This document shows, piece by piece, positions 51,098-61,305 of a DNA stretch of 64,000 nucleotides (position 1 is its first letter; each line of letters opens with the position of its first letter). Source of the stretch: an uncultured Cryomorphaceae bacterium (GTDB taxonomy: Bacteria; Bacteroidota; Bacteroidia; Flavobacteriales_D; Parvicellaceae). The position numbers and the translations under genes were made by a program. The notes under the pieces were generated by a model. The model had not been told where the DNA came from and ran no database searches. It saw nothing but the letters and a program-made list of their open reading frames with translations. The DNA lies in the NCBI GenBank assembly GCA_947311505.1, contig CAMZLL010000057.1, positions 2,026 to 66,025 on the forward strand, in the 5' to 3' direction.

Positions 51098-51120
51098 GAC
51101 ACTGCGTTTATCGAAGTGTC
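51098..51120 (-). repeat. REP-like 23-nt hairpin
   Basis: Minus strand GACACT-TCGATAAACGC-AGTGTC between moxR and DUF58. Confidence 0.55.
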
Positions 51121-51143
51121 GTATTTTTGTATTAAAACTTGAC

Positions 51144-52262
51144 CTATCTTGGAACTTCTACTCTTTTTATTATTTCTTGAATGATGATGTTGGCATCGAT
51201 TCCTTCCATTTCGGCTTCAGGAGTTAATATTATTCGATGGTTCATTACGTGATAAGCTACATATTGTACTTCATCAGGAGTTACAAAATCTCTACCTCTT
51301 ATTGCTGCCATTGCCTTTGCTGATTTGAGCATTGAAAGTGATGCTCTGGGTGATGCCCCTAGATATATCTTACCATGAACTCTAGTTTCGTGTGTTATTT
51401 GAGAAATGTACTTAATAATAGAGTCGTCCATTCTTATTTCTTCTATAGTTTTAGTTATTTTTTGCAAATCAGAGACGGAGAACACATTAGAAATTTTGTC
51501 AAAATCTATTTTAGTGTTATTTCTAAATCGTTTAAGTATTTCTACTTCTTCATCAAGTGTGGGGTGATATAGGTTGATTTTAAATAAGAATCTATCCAAT
51601 TGAGCTTCTGGTAATCGATATGTTCCTTCTTGTTCAATAGGATTTTGCGTAGCAATAACTAAAAATGGAAAATCCAATTTATAAGTAATGCCATCATACG
51701 TAATTTGACGCTCTTCCATTACTTCAAAAAGTGCCGCTTGTGTTTTGGCAGGTGCTCTATTGATTTCATCAATTAAAGCGATATTGGTAAAGATTGGACC
51801 TTTCTTGAAGTTAAATTCACTGTCTTTCATATTAAACACTGATGTACCTATAATGTCAGAAGGCATCATATCTGGTGTAAACTGTATTCTCGAAAAATCA
51901 ACAGAAAGTGTTTTTGACAGTACTTTTGCTGTGAGTGTTTTTGCAATACCGGGCACACCCTCTAAAAGCACATGTCCACCTGTAAAGACACCAACCAATA
52001 GTAAATCGACCATTTCGTGCTGACCAATCAAGTACTTCCCAATCTCTGCTCTAGCTGCTTTTACTTTCTCATTGACTAGAGACAAGTCCAAGCGTGGAGC
52101 TCCAAAACTAGAAGCAACAGAGCTTGTAGTTTCTGCTTCAGGATTTACGGGCGTGTTTATTGTATTTTCTGGATTTGAACTTTCCGTATGATCCATTGAG
52201 TTGCTGTTTGTCAAGTTTTCTGGTTTGTTCAATTCTGAGTTTTGGTTGTTGTTTTCTTCCAT
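51144..52262 (-). CDS. MoxR family AAA+ ATPase
   Basis: LLEGVPGIAKT, RIQFTPD, DEINRAP.KTQ.AL, ATQNP.E.EGTY.LPEAQLDRF, GASPRA. Confidence 0.95.
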   Translation of the reverse strand: MEENNNQNSELNKPENLTNSNSMDHTESSNPENTINTPVNPEAETTSSVASSFGAPRLDLSLVNEKVKAARAEIGKYLIGQHEMVDLLLVGVFTGGHVLLEGVPGIAKTLTAKVLSKTLSVDFSRIQFTPDMMPSDIIGTSVFNMKDSEFNFKKGPIFTNIALIDEINRAPAKTQAALFEVMEERQITYDGITYKLDFPFLVIATQNPIEQEGTYRLPEAQLDRFLFKINLYHPTLDEEVEILKRFRNNTKIDFDKISNVFSVSDLQKITKTIEEIRMDDSIIKYISQITHETRVHGKIYLGASPRASLSMLKSAKAMAAIRGRDFVTPDEVQYVAYHVMNHRIILTPEAEMEGIDANIIIQEIIKRVEVPR

Positions 52263-52268
52263 GATGTC

Positions 52269-53570
52269 TTAGTTACAATGTTTGTAAAAATAGTCTAGTT
52301 TAGTGTATAATTCTATTAAATCTTGCTCCTTAAATTGGCTGTTTTTTGCTTTTTTAAACGTTTTGATAATATCGGTAATTTTTTCTTTAGATATATTCGA
52401 TTTTTCACTAATTAGGTCAATTGTATCGGAACGTTTAGAATTCAGGTTGATGTAATAATGTTCAAGAATAAAAGTTCTAAAGATTTGCAGTAGATGCTTT
52501 ACCAGTTTGTTGTGTTGCTTTTGCTGAAAATACAATGTGCTCACTACAGAAACAAATTCCATACTTGTATTATTGTTGGATTCTATGGGTGGGATTATCT
52601 TTTGTCGCCTTTTACTAAATACAGCCATATAGAGGAACAAGCCAGCCATAATTAAAATCAAAGCTGCAAATAAAGCTGGAGTTTTGAGTATAAACTGTAG
52701 TGGACTTGTTCGCTGTAATTTTGTTGGGTCTGTTTTTTTCTTCGGCTTTGGAAGTCCTCTATAATTGGAATATTTACTGAAGTTTTGGTGCCATTTAATA
52801 TTGTTGTCAGGAAAATGTGAGAATAGATTTTCTGCGTATTTCTTGCCATCAGATCGTGAGAGATTAACATTTGAAAAGTTACTGGGTTGACTTTGCAATA
52901 GGTACGCTCCCTTTCCATGTTTAATAAGTATTGCCGATGTGTTTCCCTGTTCATCTTGGGTTAATGCTATTACTTTAGTTTGTGACAATGTGTTATCATT
53001 GAAACAATACCAATCTTTGTATTTTGAATATCCATGAAAGTTTAATTCTTCTGAATATAGATTTAAGGGCTTAGGTTGTTTATAATCCTTGTGTAAAAAG
53101 TTGACAGAAACAACGGTGTCAACGACTGATATATTAGATACACTATTATTGTGTAGTAGTTTGTCGGTAAAATTACTACTGAATTGTTGTGTGCTAATCA
53201 ATGCGTAATTTCCGTTTTCAACAAATTTATTTAAGTGTTCAATATCGCTATTTTTCAAATAGAACTCTGGAGATATACTTATATATAAGCTAGGCAATCC
53301 ATTAATAAATTCCAAAGGCAATAGGTCTTTTAGCTTGTCTTCTTTACTGGTTTGGAATGTTTCTATCGATGCTGTATTGTCAAAATTCTTCAATAAATTA
53401 TACAGAACATAAGTTCCTGCAGGATTGATTGGTTTTTGAATGCTTGTAGTATCAGAACCTTCGGGCAAATCATTTTTAGAGCCATTTGCGCCTGTTTGCA
53501 TAAAATAGACTAGGGCTATAAGTGCTATGAGAGCTCCTCCTAAAATCAGATATTTATTTTTACTATCCAT
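52269..53570 (-). CDS. DUF4350-like membrane protein
   Basis: N-terminal TM, P.GTY..Y.L, FV..GN..LIS, G.G...L...P..F.N, KRRQ.IIP, EFV..V..LY; cluster position. Confidence 0.75.
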   Translation of the reverse strand: MDSKNKYLILGGALIALIALVYFMQTGANGSKNDLPEGSDTTSIQKPINPAGTYVLYNLLKNFDNTASIETFQTSKEDKLKDLLPLEFINGLPSLYISISPEFYLKNSDIEHLNKFVENGNYALISTQQFSSNFTDKLLHNNSVSNISVVDTVVSVNFLHKDYKQPKPLNLYSEELNFHGYSKYKDWYCFNDNTLSQTKVIALTQDEQGNTSAILIKHGKGAYLLQSQPSNFSNVNLSRSDGKKYAENLFSHFPDNNIKWHQNFSKYSNYRGLPKPKKKTDPTKLQRTSPLQFILKTPALFAALILIMAGLFLYMAVFSKRRQKIIPPIESNNNTSMEFVSVVSTLYFQQKQHNKLVKHLLQIFRTFILEHYYINLNSKRSDTIDLISEKSNISKEKITDIIKTFKKAKNSQFKEQDLIELYTKLDYFYKHCN

Positions 53571-54526
53571 TAGCTGTTTATCGATTTTAAAAGAGATTTG
53601 AATTTGAGTTCAAAATTTTGATATTGATTCTTGGAAACAGCATAATTGCCATACCAAATCATGTCATAGATATTTACGGTTTCATTGAATAATTCATATT
53701 GAGATTTGCCTCGCATTTCCATAAGATAGGAGATGTTGGTTTTTCTACGTTCCCAACGAATCCAACTTTTAGAAGACAAGTCTTTGATTATGAATATAAA
53801 ATAAATACGAACCGCTTCTCGGTAATCTTCTCTAGATAAGGCTTCTTCTAGCCTCCGTTCGAGCTCGGTCTTAGGTATCTCCATTGGAGGCGTTTCGTCA
53901 AAGTCTATATTTACCTTTTTGCCACTACCACCTCCTTCAAACCTAAGGAAAAAATAATATACTAAAAAACCAATTGCCCCTATCAGGATAATCCACATAA
54001 TGACTTTCAGAAAATTAATACCACCACTAGGTATGTCAACATTCGAATTTCTTTTCCTTTTTAATCTTCTGGGATTTGCAGGAGGAGTTTTTGATATTGG
54101 CTGCGATTTGGTAGTGTATTCTCCTTCGTTTGCATGCGAGGGTTCTATGCTATGGTTATAGTTTTGGTTCGATTCGTAATCGTATTCATCATACTCAGAA
54201 TCTTCACTATATTCTCCATACTCCCCATTATAATCCTCTGGTTCATACTCATAATGATCTCCATAAGCATCTTCCTGCTGTTCGTTGTTATAACTCGATG
54301 GGGCAAAACCATCTGAACCATCTTTGTTTGCTTTTTGAGACCCCGAAGATTCTGTTTGTAATTTTCTTTTTAGTTTTTTCCATTTTTGGTCATCAAACGT
54401 GTTTTTCTCTTGTTTAGAATTGAGATAATCTTCTTGATTGTTTTGCCCAATAACATTAGGAGCATTCCAAAGGAATATCCAAACTACAAATAGTAATCGA
54501 TATGCATATTTAATATTTCCCTTCAC
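53570..54526 (-). CDS. DUF4129-like membrane protein
   Basis: Signal peptide, acidic Tyr-rich linker, TM, A....DYR.AVR..F, W...KTN..Y..E, IWYG.Y. Confidence 0.75.
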   Translation of the reverse strand: MKGNIKYAYRLLFVVWIFLWNAPNVIGQNNQEDYLNSKQEKNTFDDQKWKKLKRKLQTESSGSQKANKDGSDGFAPSSYNNEQQEDAYGDHYEYEPEDYNGEYGEYSEDSEYDEYDYESNQNYNHSIEPSHANEGEYTTKSQPISKTPPANPRRLKRKRNSNVDIPSGGINFLKVIMWIILIGAIGFLVYYFFLRFEGGGSGKKVNIDFDETPPMEIPKTELERRLEEALSREDYREAVRIYFIFIIKDLSSKSWIRWERRKTNISYLMEMRGKSQYELFNETVNIYDMIWYGNYAVSKNQYQNFELKFKSLLKSINS

Positions 54527-56444
54527 CTTTTGTTTCGTAAATTTTACTTTTTTTTCCGAAATGCTCTAACCTTTTAAACAATCCTCTTGCCTCTTCTTTT
54601 TCCAATACAGAATAATACAGTAAGCTAAATCCTATCAAATAAATAGGGAAAAGGAAATGCGAAAAAGTAATATAAATGCTAGCATCTACCATAACAAAAA
54701 TATACTGAGGATCATCTGCTAATGGAATTACAAACCATTCCATTGCCATGTCTTTAAAAATGTCAATAGGTAAGCCGGCAAAAATATAAATTAAGCCCAA
54801 TGTTAGGGTTATTGCTGTAAATAACCCAATCCCCGTTCCCCATGCCTTCCAGGGCTTAGTAAACCCATGATTGAGCGCTTTTCCGTACTTTTCCGTACTG
54901 ATCACGATCGGAATTATCCACATAAATAAAAATGGTGTAATAACCACACAGATTAGCATGATACCAAATGGAAGCTGAGATACTATGATGCCCATTAATG
55001 AAAACCCTAAGAAAACCACCCAGAATGTTTTTAAAAAAAGACGAAAAAACCCTTTGAAAGAAGGATTTGATTTGTTGATTATTAGCGTTTTGAACGCATA
55101 TAGAATCACAAATGCATTAAATGCAAATACAAATACTTGAAAAAAGAACAAACTTACATCTATATAGGAATTCCATACAAATAATTTTTCTAAGTTATCA
55201 ATTATCTTTGCTACACGACCAATAGGTCCCCCACCATTCGCTTGATGTTTATAGTAAAAAAAAGGAGTCTTTTCAAACAACAAGAATAGATAGACAATAT
55301 TAAAAGGAATTGTAAGTAAAAATACTTTACTGTAAAAGCCAAGTACTTTTCTAAGGCTAATAAACGTATCGTTAAACAATTCCCCTGCATCTTTTATTTT
55401 ATAGAGTATCAACTCTTTTTTCTCGATGTATTGCGGACTTTTTTCTATCGTTCCTGTGAAATTATGTTTGCGAGCTACTATAAATGGATAGATGATAAAA
55501 TACAAAAGAATTATGCCAAAACATGACAAGATAAACAACCACTTCAAACTGTCGGGCCATTCACTTGCTAAAGGATTTCCGTCTGTAGAAATAACGGTAT
55601 GTCGAGTAGCGAAGCCTTCAATGAAAGCAGCTATGATTATAACAGGAATCAATCCAATCATCATTTTTACTCCTTTTTTTGCAGAAAGTACAAATGAATG
55701 ACCTCTAGAAAGCGTACCAGGAAACAAGAGTCCATTACCCATAGTGATGCCAGCTGCTGCAGCTAGGATGATGGCAGGAATTTCAAAAGCTCCATGAATC
55801 CAAATGGTTAGAAAAGACGTGAGTGTCAAACCTCTGACCACATAAAACCATTGAAACGCACCAACCATAATAGAATTAAAAAACAGAAAGACACCTGAAC
55901 CTAAACTGAAAAACACCCCCAACACGAAAGTAATAAAAGCGACCCTCATATTATTTATGGCTATTTGTCCAAAGCTCATAGCTTCGGAGTCTCCTCCATA
56001 TACACTCATAGGCTTACCGTTGGCAATATTTTGCTCCGCCATGTCCACATAGTCATAACCGATTACAGCACCCAAGAAATCTGGGTCGTCATACGTAGAT
56101 ACAGCGCCAATTAGCATGCCGAGTGTAAAGATGACAAAAGCTGCCAACACAGCATGCCTAGCAGCAAACATTTGCAAGGGCAAATCGGTTGTCCAAAAGG
56201 TGAAAAACTTAGAAAGTGGTTCTCGTTGTTTCTTGTACAAGTCATGAAACACTCTCTGCGCAAGAGAATTGAGATAAACCCTTACAGATCTTTTTGGGTA
56301 ATGAGTGCGAGCGTAGGATAAATCATCAGTAAGCTCCACAAACAACTGACTCATTTTATCTGGGTCATTTTGATTTTGCTTGGACATTTTTTCAAATGTT
56401 GCCCACTTTTTTTTGTTTTGATTTATAAAGGTAGTCTCTTTCAC
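54510..56444 (-). CDS. Stage II sporulation protein M (DUF95) fused to a C-terminal multi-TM domain
   Basis: KETTFI.QN..KW, DDLSYART.YP, NN..VAF, IWIHG.FEI, AAFIEGF.TR; GTG 56444 is the likely start. Confidence 0.85.
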   Translation of the reverse strand: MKETTFINQNKKKWATFEKMSKQNQNDPDKMSQLFVELTDDLSYARTHYPKRSVRVYLNSLAQRVFHDLYKKQREPLSKFFTFWTTDLPLQMFAARHAVLAAFVIFTLGMLIGAVSTYDDPDFLGAVIGYDYVDMAEQNIANGKPMSVYGGDSEAMSFGQIAINNMRVAFITFVLGVFFSLGSGVFLFFNSIMVGAFQWFYVVRGLTLTSFLTIWIHGAFEIPAIILAAAAGITMGNGLLFPGTLSRGHSFVLSAKKGVKMMIGLIPVIIIAAFIEGFATRHTVISTDGNPLASEWPDSLKWLFILSCFGIILLYFIIYPFIVARKHNFTGTIEKSPQYIEKKELILYKIKDAGELFNDTFISLRKVLGFYSKVFLLTIPFNIVYLFLLFEKTPFFYYKHQANGGGPIGRVAKIIDNLEKLFVWNSYIDVSLFFFQVFVFAFNAFVILYAFKTLIINKSNPSFKGFFRLFLKTFWVVFLGFSLMGIIVSQLPFGIMLICVVITPFLFMWIIPIVISTEKYGKALNHGFTKPWKAWGTGIGLFTAITLTLGLIYIFAGLPIDIFKDMAMEWFVIPLADDPQYIFVMVDASIYITFSHFLFPIYLIGFSLLYYSVLEKEEARGLFKRLEHFGKKSKIYETKGEGKY

Positions 56445-56606
56445 TATTTTTTTTAAATTTGAATGACCAAAGTACCAAAAAACAAGGAATAAAAAGGATA
56501 AGCCCAATTATTTTTTAAATTTACCCAAAGATATATTCCATAATCATAAGTTTTACGTATAATTACACTCCAAAAAGTTGTATTTTAAAAACCAAATATT
56601 TAACGC

Positions 56607-57359
56607 GTGAAAACAGCCGATATAGTCACCACATATAATGTCGTTATTCAATACGAAATTGCCCCCGTCATTTCTCGTATTGTTGCCAATATTTTGGATG
56701 TGATTATCGTGTTTTTTTATCTGACTACTGTCAATCTTTTATTTGTGTCAATCTTTTCAGATTTTGGAGGTTATAACGATTTTGACAACGTGATAATTCT
56801 ATTTATGTACATGTCAATGATTCCTGGTTTTTTTTATTCTTTTTTCTGTGAAGCTCTTTTTGGCGGACAAACAATAGGTAAGATGGCTATGGGAATAAAA
56901 GTAGTCAATGTAGATGGCTCCAAACCTTCTATCGGAGATTTCTTCCTGCGATGGATTTTTCGATTGACCGACAACATTATTTCTTTGGGAGGGTTTGCAT
57001 TGCTTATTTCATTATCAAACGAAAGAGGACAAAGATTGGGCGATGTTGTGGCCAACACTATGGTCATAAAATTAAGACCGTCCAAAGAATTTAGTATCAT
57101 TGATATATTAAACATCAAAAGCACAAAAGATTACAAACCTAGTTATCCAATGGTAACTAAGTTTACTGACGAAGATATGCTTTTGATTAAAAATAGTCTG
57201 GAACGACTGAAAAAGATTCCCAATGACGCTCACAAATCTTTAGTTAGAGAAATCTGCGATAAAACAGTCAAAGAACTAGGACTTTCTGAGGTTCCAAAGA
57301 AAAAAGTATCTTTTCTTAAGATAGTACTCCAAGATTATATTATTTTAACGAGATCTTAA
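56607..57359 (+). CDS. RDD family protein
   Basis: R..A..LD, GQTIGK...IKV, RW..R..D, QRLGD..A.T.V. Confidence 0.9.
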   Translation: MKTADIVTTYNVVIQYEIAPVISRIVANILDVIIVFFYLTTVNLLFVSIFSDFGGYNDFDNVIILFMYMSMIPGFFYSFFCEALFGGQTIGKMAMGIKVVNVDGSKPSIGDFFLRWIFRLTDNIISLGGFALLISLSNERGQRLGDVVANTMVIKLRPSKEFSIIDILNIKSTKDYKPSYPMVTKFTDEDMLLIKNSLERLKKIPNDAHKSLVREICDKTVKELGLSEVPKKKVSFLKIVLQDYIILTRS

Positions 57360-57495
57360 TGCTTTCGAAAAAATCATTTATTTTCTCAAAATAATTATGC
57401 AATTCACATAGGCTTTGTGGTCGTTTTGTAGTTTTTGACACCAAATTCAGTAACTATCAAGCTAGTTAAAAAAGTCTTTTTAGTATCTTTGTTAA

Positions 57496-57924
57496 ATGGA
57501 AAAATCAAACAATAGCAAAGCACCCAAGCCAATGGGTTTATATCCGTACACTAGAAAAGCTGGTAATTTACTTTTTTTATCAGGTGTAGGACCTAGAGCA
57601 GCAGGTTCGGGCAGTGAAGAAGCAAACATTCCTGGGTTGAAATATGACAAAAACGGAAACTATGAAGCATTTGATTTCGAAGCACAATGTCGTAGTGTAT
57701 TTGATAATGTAAAAGTTATCTTAGAAGAAGCTGGAGCATCGTGGGACGACTTGATAGATGTAACTACATTCTTAACAGATATGAAACGAGACTTCAAAAC
57801 CTACAATAAAGTATATGCAGAATATTTTCAGAGCAATCAACCTTGTAGAACTACTGTAGAAATCAATGCACTCCCCTCTCCTATTTCTATAGAATTAAAA
57901 TGTATTGCAGTTCTTAAAGACTAA
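57496..57924 (+). CDS. RidA family protein (2-aminomuconate deaminase-like)
   Basis: AP.P.G.YP, LFLSGVGPR, DVT.FLT.M.RDF..YN, P.RTTVEI.ALP.PI.IELK. Confidence 0.88.
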   Translation: MEKSNNSKAPKPMGLYPYTRKAGNLLFLSGVGPRAAGSGSEEANIPGLKYDKNGNYEAFDFEAQCRSVFDNVKVILEEAGASWDDLIDVTTFLTDMKRDFKTYNKVYAEYFQSNQPCRTTVEINALPSPISIELKCIAVLKD

Positions 57925-58030
57925 AAAATGAAAATAGGAATTTCAAAATCTGATATTACCGTTTTTAAAAGGGTGTAGCAATGTTGGGTTATGGAATGCT
58001 TACATAAAAAATCCTGAAGCAAAAAAGTTT

Positions 58031-59788
58031 CTAACCGTCAAAATAAATGAGCAACTTTCTCAGTCCAATTTCACCCATTCCGATACTCGCATATAATTCT
58101 TCCATTGATCCATGCTGAATGTATTTATCTGGATAGCCTTTGAGTTTTACAGCATTGGAATATCCATTCTGAGCTGCCCAAGAAATAATTTGAGAGCCTA
58201 TTCCACCTTGAGCGATTCCATCTTCGATTATAGTAACTTTGTTATGCGTATCAAAAATCATTTTCAGACCGACTATATCTAATGGCTTGACACATCTAAG
58301 ATCATAATGGCTATGAGGTAGATCCTTTAAAACAGTTTTTACTGTATTTCCAATTGCTCCAATGCTTATTACTGCATGTTCGTTTCCATTTTTAACGGTT
58401 TGTATTTTCCAAATAGCTGCACCCAATTTCTTTTTGGGAAACGGAAAATTAAGCGCTCCTGTCCCTCGTGGATATCGAATAGCCACGGGGGCTTCTAAAG
58501 ATGAAGAAACCTCTAGTAACATAGCTTCTAGCTCTTGCTCGTCCATTGGAGCTAATATCCTCATATTTGGAATACAATTTAAAAACGCCAAATCAAAAGC
58601 TCCGTGATGCGTAGCTCCATCGTTACCAACAAAACCTGCTCTATCAATTAAGAATACTACGGGTAAATTTTGCAAAGCAACGTCATGAATCAATTGATCA
58701 TATCCTCGTTGCAAAAAAGTAGAATAAACGACACAAAACGGTAGCGTACCAGACTTTGCCAATCCTGCTGAGAACGTAACCGCATGCTGCTCGGCTATGC
58801 CTACATCGAAAAAACGATTGGGAAAAAGTTTTTTAAATTCGAGTAACTTAGAGCCTGATGCCATGGCCGGTGTAACAACAGCTACCTTTGAGTTAAGAGT
58901 CCCAAGTGTACAAAGCGATTTAGATACAATATCTTGATAGGTTTTTCTCGTTTCAGAACTGTTTTTTTCTACTTTTCCAGTTTCTATATCAAATTTTCCA
59001 GGTGCATGCCATAGCGTAGTATCTCCATCTTCGGCAGCATGATAACCATAGCCTTTAACTGTTTTTATATGCAAAACCCTTGGGCCTTTAACTGTTTTTT
59101 GAAATGTAAGCGCTTCCAACAACTCTTGCAAGCTGTTGCCGTTTATAGTTCCATAATAAGGGATGCCCAATTGGGTAAAAACATTGTTTTGGTCGGTTAT
59201 GGAATTGAGATGTTTTTGCAAACCTCCCACATTATCATCAATAGACATATTGTTATCATTGACAATTACCAAAACATTTGCTTTGGTATCAGCTAAATGA
59301 TTGAGCGCCTCAAAAGCCATTCCTCCTGTAAGTGCTCCATCTCCTATGACTGCTATGTGATTGCCATCAAAATTGCCTTTTATCAAACTGGCACATGCCA
59401 TACCCAACACAGCACTAATTGAAGTGGAGCTATGCCCTGTTCCGAAGCTATCGTATTCGCTTTCTTGAATGCTAGGAAATCCAGAAATTCCGTTCAGATT
59501 TCTAATGTTTTCAAAACTATTTTTTCTCCCTGTTAGAATTTTATGCGCATAGGCTTGATGCCCTACATCCCAAACCAAAGGCTCGTTTAGAGTATCAAAA
59601 ACATAATGTAAACCTACTGCAAGTTCTACCGTTCCCAAACTAGCTCCTAAATGTCCAGGATTGTTTGACATTGTTTTAATAATTAAACTACGCAGAGCAT
59701 CACAAACTTCTTGAAGCTTGGCAACGTTTATTTTTTTTAAATCTTTAGGATTTTCAATTGATTTTAATATGTTTTGTTGCGTATTCAC
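58031..59788 (-). CDS. dxs: 1-deoxy-D-xylulose-5-phosphate synthase
   Basis: GHLGASLG.VEL, WDVGHQAY.HK, GHSSTS, GDGA.TGG..FEALN, DVGIAEQH, DG.THHG; GTG 59788 is the likely start. Confidence 0.96.
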   Translation of the reverse strand: MNTQQNILKSIENPKDLKKINVAKLQEVCDALRSLIIKTMSNNPGHLGASLGTVELAVGLHYVFDTLNEPLVWDVGHQAYAHKILTGRKNSFENIRNLNGISGFPSIQESEYDSFGTGHSSTSISAVLGMACASLIKGNFDGNHIAVIGDGALTGGMAFEALNHLADTKANVLVIVNDNNMSIDDNVGGLQKHLNSITDQNNVFTQLGIPYYGTINGNSLQELLEALTFQKTVKGPRVLHIKTVKGYGYHAAEDGDTTLWHAPGKFDIETGKVEKNSSETRKTYQDIVSKSLCTLGTLNSKVAVVTPAMASGSKLLEFKKLFPNRFFDVGIAEQHAVTFSAGLAKSGTLPFCVVYSTFLQRGYDQLIHDVALQNLPVVFLIDRAGFVGNDGATHHGAFDLAFLNCIPNMRILAPMDEQELEAMLLEVSSSLEAPVAIRYPRGTGALNFPFPKKKLGAAIWKIQTVKNGNEHAVISIGAIGNTVKTVLKDLPHSHYDLRCVKPLDIVGLKMIFDTHNKVTIIEDGIAQGGIGSQIISWAAQNGYSNAVKLKGYPDKYIQHGSMEELYASIGMGEIGLRKLLIYFDG

Positions 59789-59818
59789 AGGTTGCAAATG
59801 TACATAAATTCACTCCAT

Positions 59819-59851
59819 AAAAAAGCCTGCTTGAAACAAATCAAACAGGCT
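59819..59851 (-). terminator. Intrinsic terminator after DUF3127 gene
   Basis: Minus strand AGCCTGTTTGA-TTTGTT-TCAAGCAGGCT followed by a T-run. Confidence 0.85.
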
Positions 59852-59885
59852 AACTTTTAAGAACTTCTTCTTATACTCGTTTTAG

Positions 59886-60236
59886 CTAGAATGGTAAATC
59901 ATCTTCCGCTTCAGTCATTGGTTCTAATGTGGTATCTGGAGCAGTTGGAGCTGGAGCTGCCGCTGCTGGAGCACCAGATTTAGCGAGTTTCCAGGCTTGA
60001 AGATTTACATAATATTTTCCATTGTATTCATTTCCTCTTAGATTAAAAGAAACTTCGATATCGTCACCAACATTAAGGGTATCTAATTGAGCTGCTTTAT
60101 CTTTTATTGCTTCAAACTTTACATCTTGTGGATATTGCTCTTGTGTAGTGATTACAAATTCTCTTTTTGAAAAACCTGAATCCCAAGTTTGTAAGTCGTT
60201 GATTACTTTAATTCTTCCTTGTACTTTTAATTCCAT
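59886..60236 (-). CDS. DUF3127 OB-fold protein with SSB-like acidic tail
   Basis: KREFVI.T.EQYPQ, VSFN.RG.E.NG.Y...L.AW; C-terminal DDLPF. Confidence 0.9.
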   Translation of the reverse strand: MELKVQGRIKVINDLQTWDSGFSKREFVITTQEQYPQDVKFEAIKDKAAQLDTLNVGDDIEVSFNLRGNEYNGKYYVNLQAWKLAKSGAPAAAAPAPTAPDTTLEPMTEAEDDLPF

Positions 60237-60283
60237 TTTGTTTTATTTACTTTTTTATTATTAAATCTACGTGTTTATTTTTC

Positions 60284-61177
60284 TTAATTGTTAAATGCCA
60301 GTAATGTTTTCCATGCTTCATCTCTATTTCCTTCGAGCAAAAGCAATTTGGCTTTTTTGTGTAATTCTAATTCTAAAGTTACCGCATCATCTTCATATTC
60401 CATAAAGATTTCGCTCAACTCTAATAATTTATAATCGTTTACCTCTGTTTCGTCTGGGAATTGTTCAATATTGCCCAATTGACCTAATTCGTTTGGGCTG
60501 AAATTTCCACTCTCAATAATTTCCTTGGGAATACTGTCCACACCTACTCCACAAGTGGTAATTGGTTTAGCTATTTCGAACATAGAATTTTGATCTGCTC
60601 TACAATACCAATTTCCTCCCATACGAGCTACAAGGTCAATTTTCTTTTGGTCAATCATTTGATTCTCGTCTAAGACTTCGTCTTTTATATGAATTTTGAG
60701 CACCTCACAAATAATTAAATTTCCTGCACCTCCACCTTCTCCAAGGGATTTTACTTCGGTAACTTTACACTCCATTTGTACGGGGCATTCTGCTATTCTA
60801 GCTGGACGAATCATTTCTGAATCTATGGGTGTCAATCCTGTTTTTACGAACTCATCTATATCTGCTCCATACGGAGAGCTTGCCAATGACATTTGGTGCA
60901 CCATATCATAGTTTACTATATTGATAACCACTTCTGGAACATCTAGCACATTTAGTAATGTATCTTTTTGCTCGCCTGTGCGACCGCTTCTAGCTGGAGA
61001 AAAAACCGCAATAGGTGGGTTGCTACTAAATACATTGAAAAAACTAAAGGGAGCTATGTTTCTATTGCCATCTATATCCACAGTACTTGCAAAACAAATG
61101 GGTCGAGGCCCTACAGCACCTAATAAATAGTGGTGTAATTTTGGGTTTTTGGTAACTGATGTGTCAATAGTAAGCAT
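60284..61177 (-). CDS. Flavin reductase-like protein
   Basis: PRPI.F.ST, N.APFSFFN, KDT..N, PVQ.ECKV, VAR.GG.WY; TACCTTTG box at 61199-61206. Confidence 0.9.
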   Translation of the reverse strand: MLTIDTSVTKNPKLHHYLLGAVGPRPICFASTVDIDGNRNIAPFSFFNVFSSNPPIAVFSPARSGRTGEQKDTLLNVLDVPEVVINIVNYDMVHQMSLASSPYGADIDEFVKTGLTPIDSEMIRPARIAECPVQMECKVTEVKSLGEGGGAGNLIICEVLKIHIKDEVLDENQMIDQKKIDLVARMGGNWYCRADQNSMFEIAKPITTCGVGVDSIPKEIIESGNFSPNELGQLGNIEQFPDETEVNDYKLLELSEIFMEYEDDAVTLELELHKKAKLLLLEGNRDEAWKTLLAFNN

Positions 61178-61305
61178 AGTTTTCCTTTAATTGGATGGCA
61201 AAGGTAAGCTTATAAATTTGAGAATAAAAACGCTCGTTGAAAACTTTTTTAAATTTCCTTACCAAGCTTATGGGTTTGAGAATGTTTGTTTTGCATCTTT
61301 TTTTT

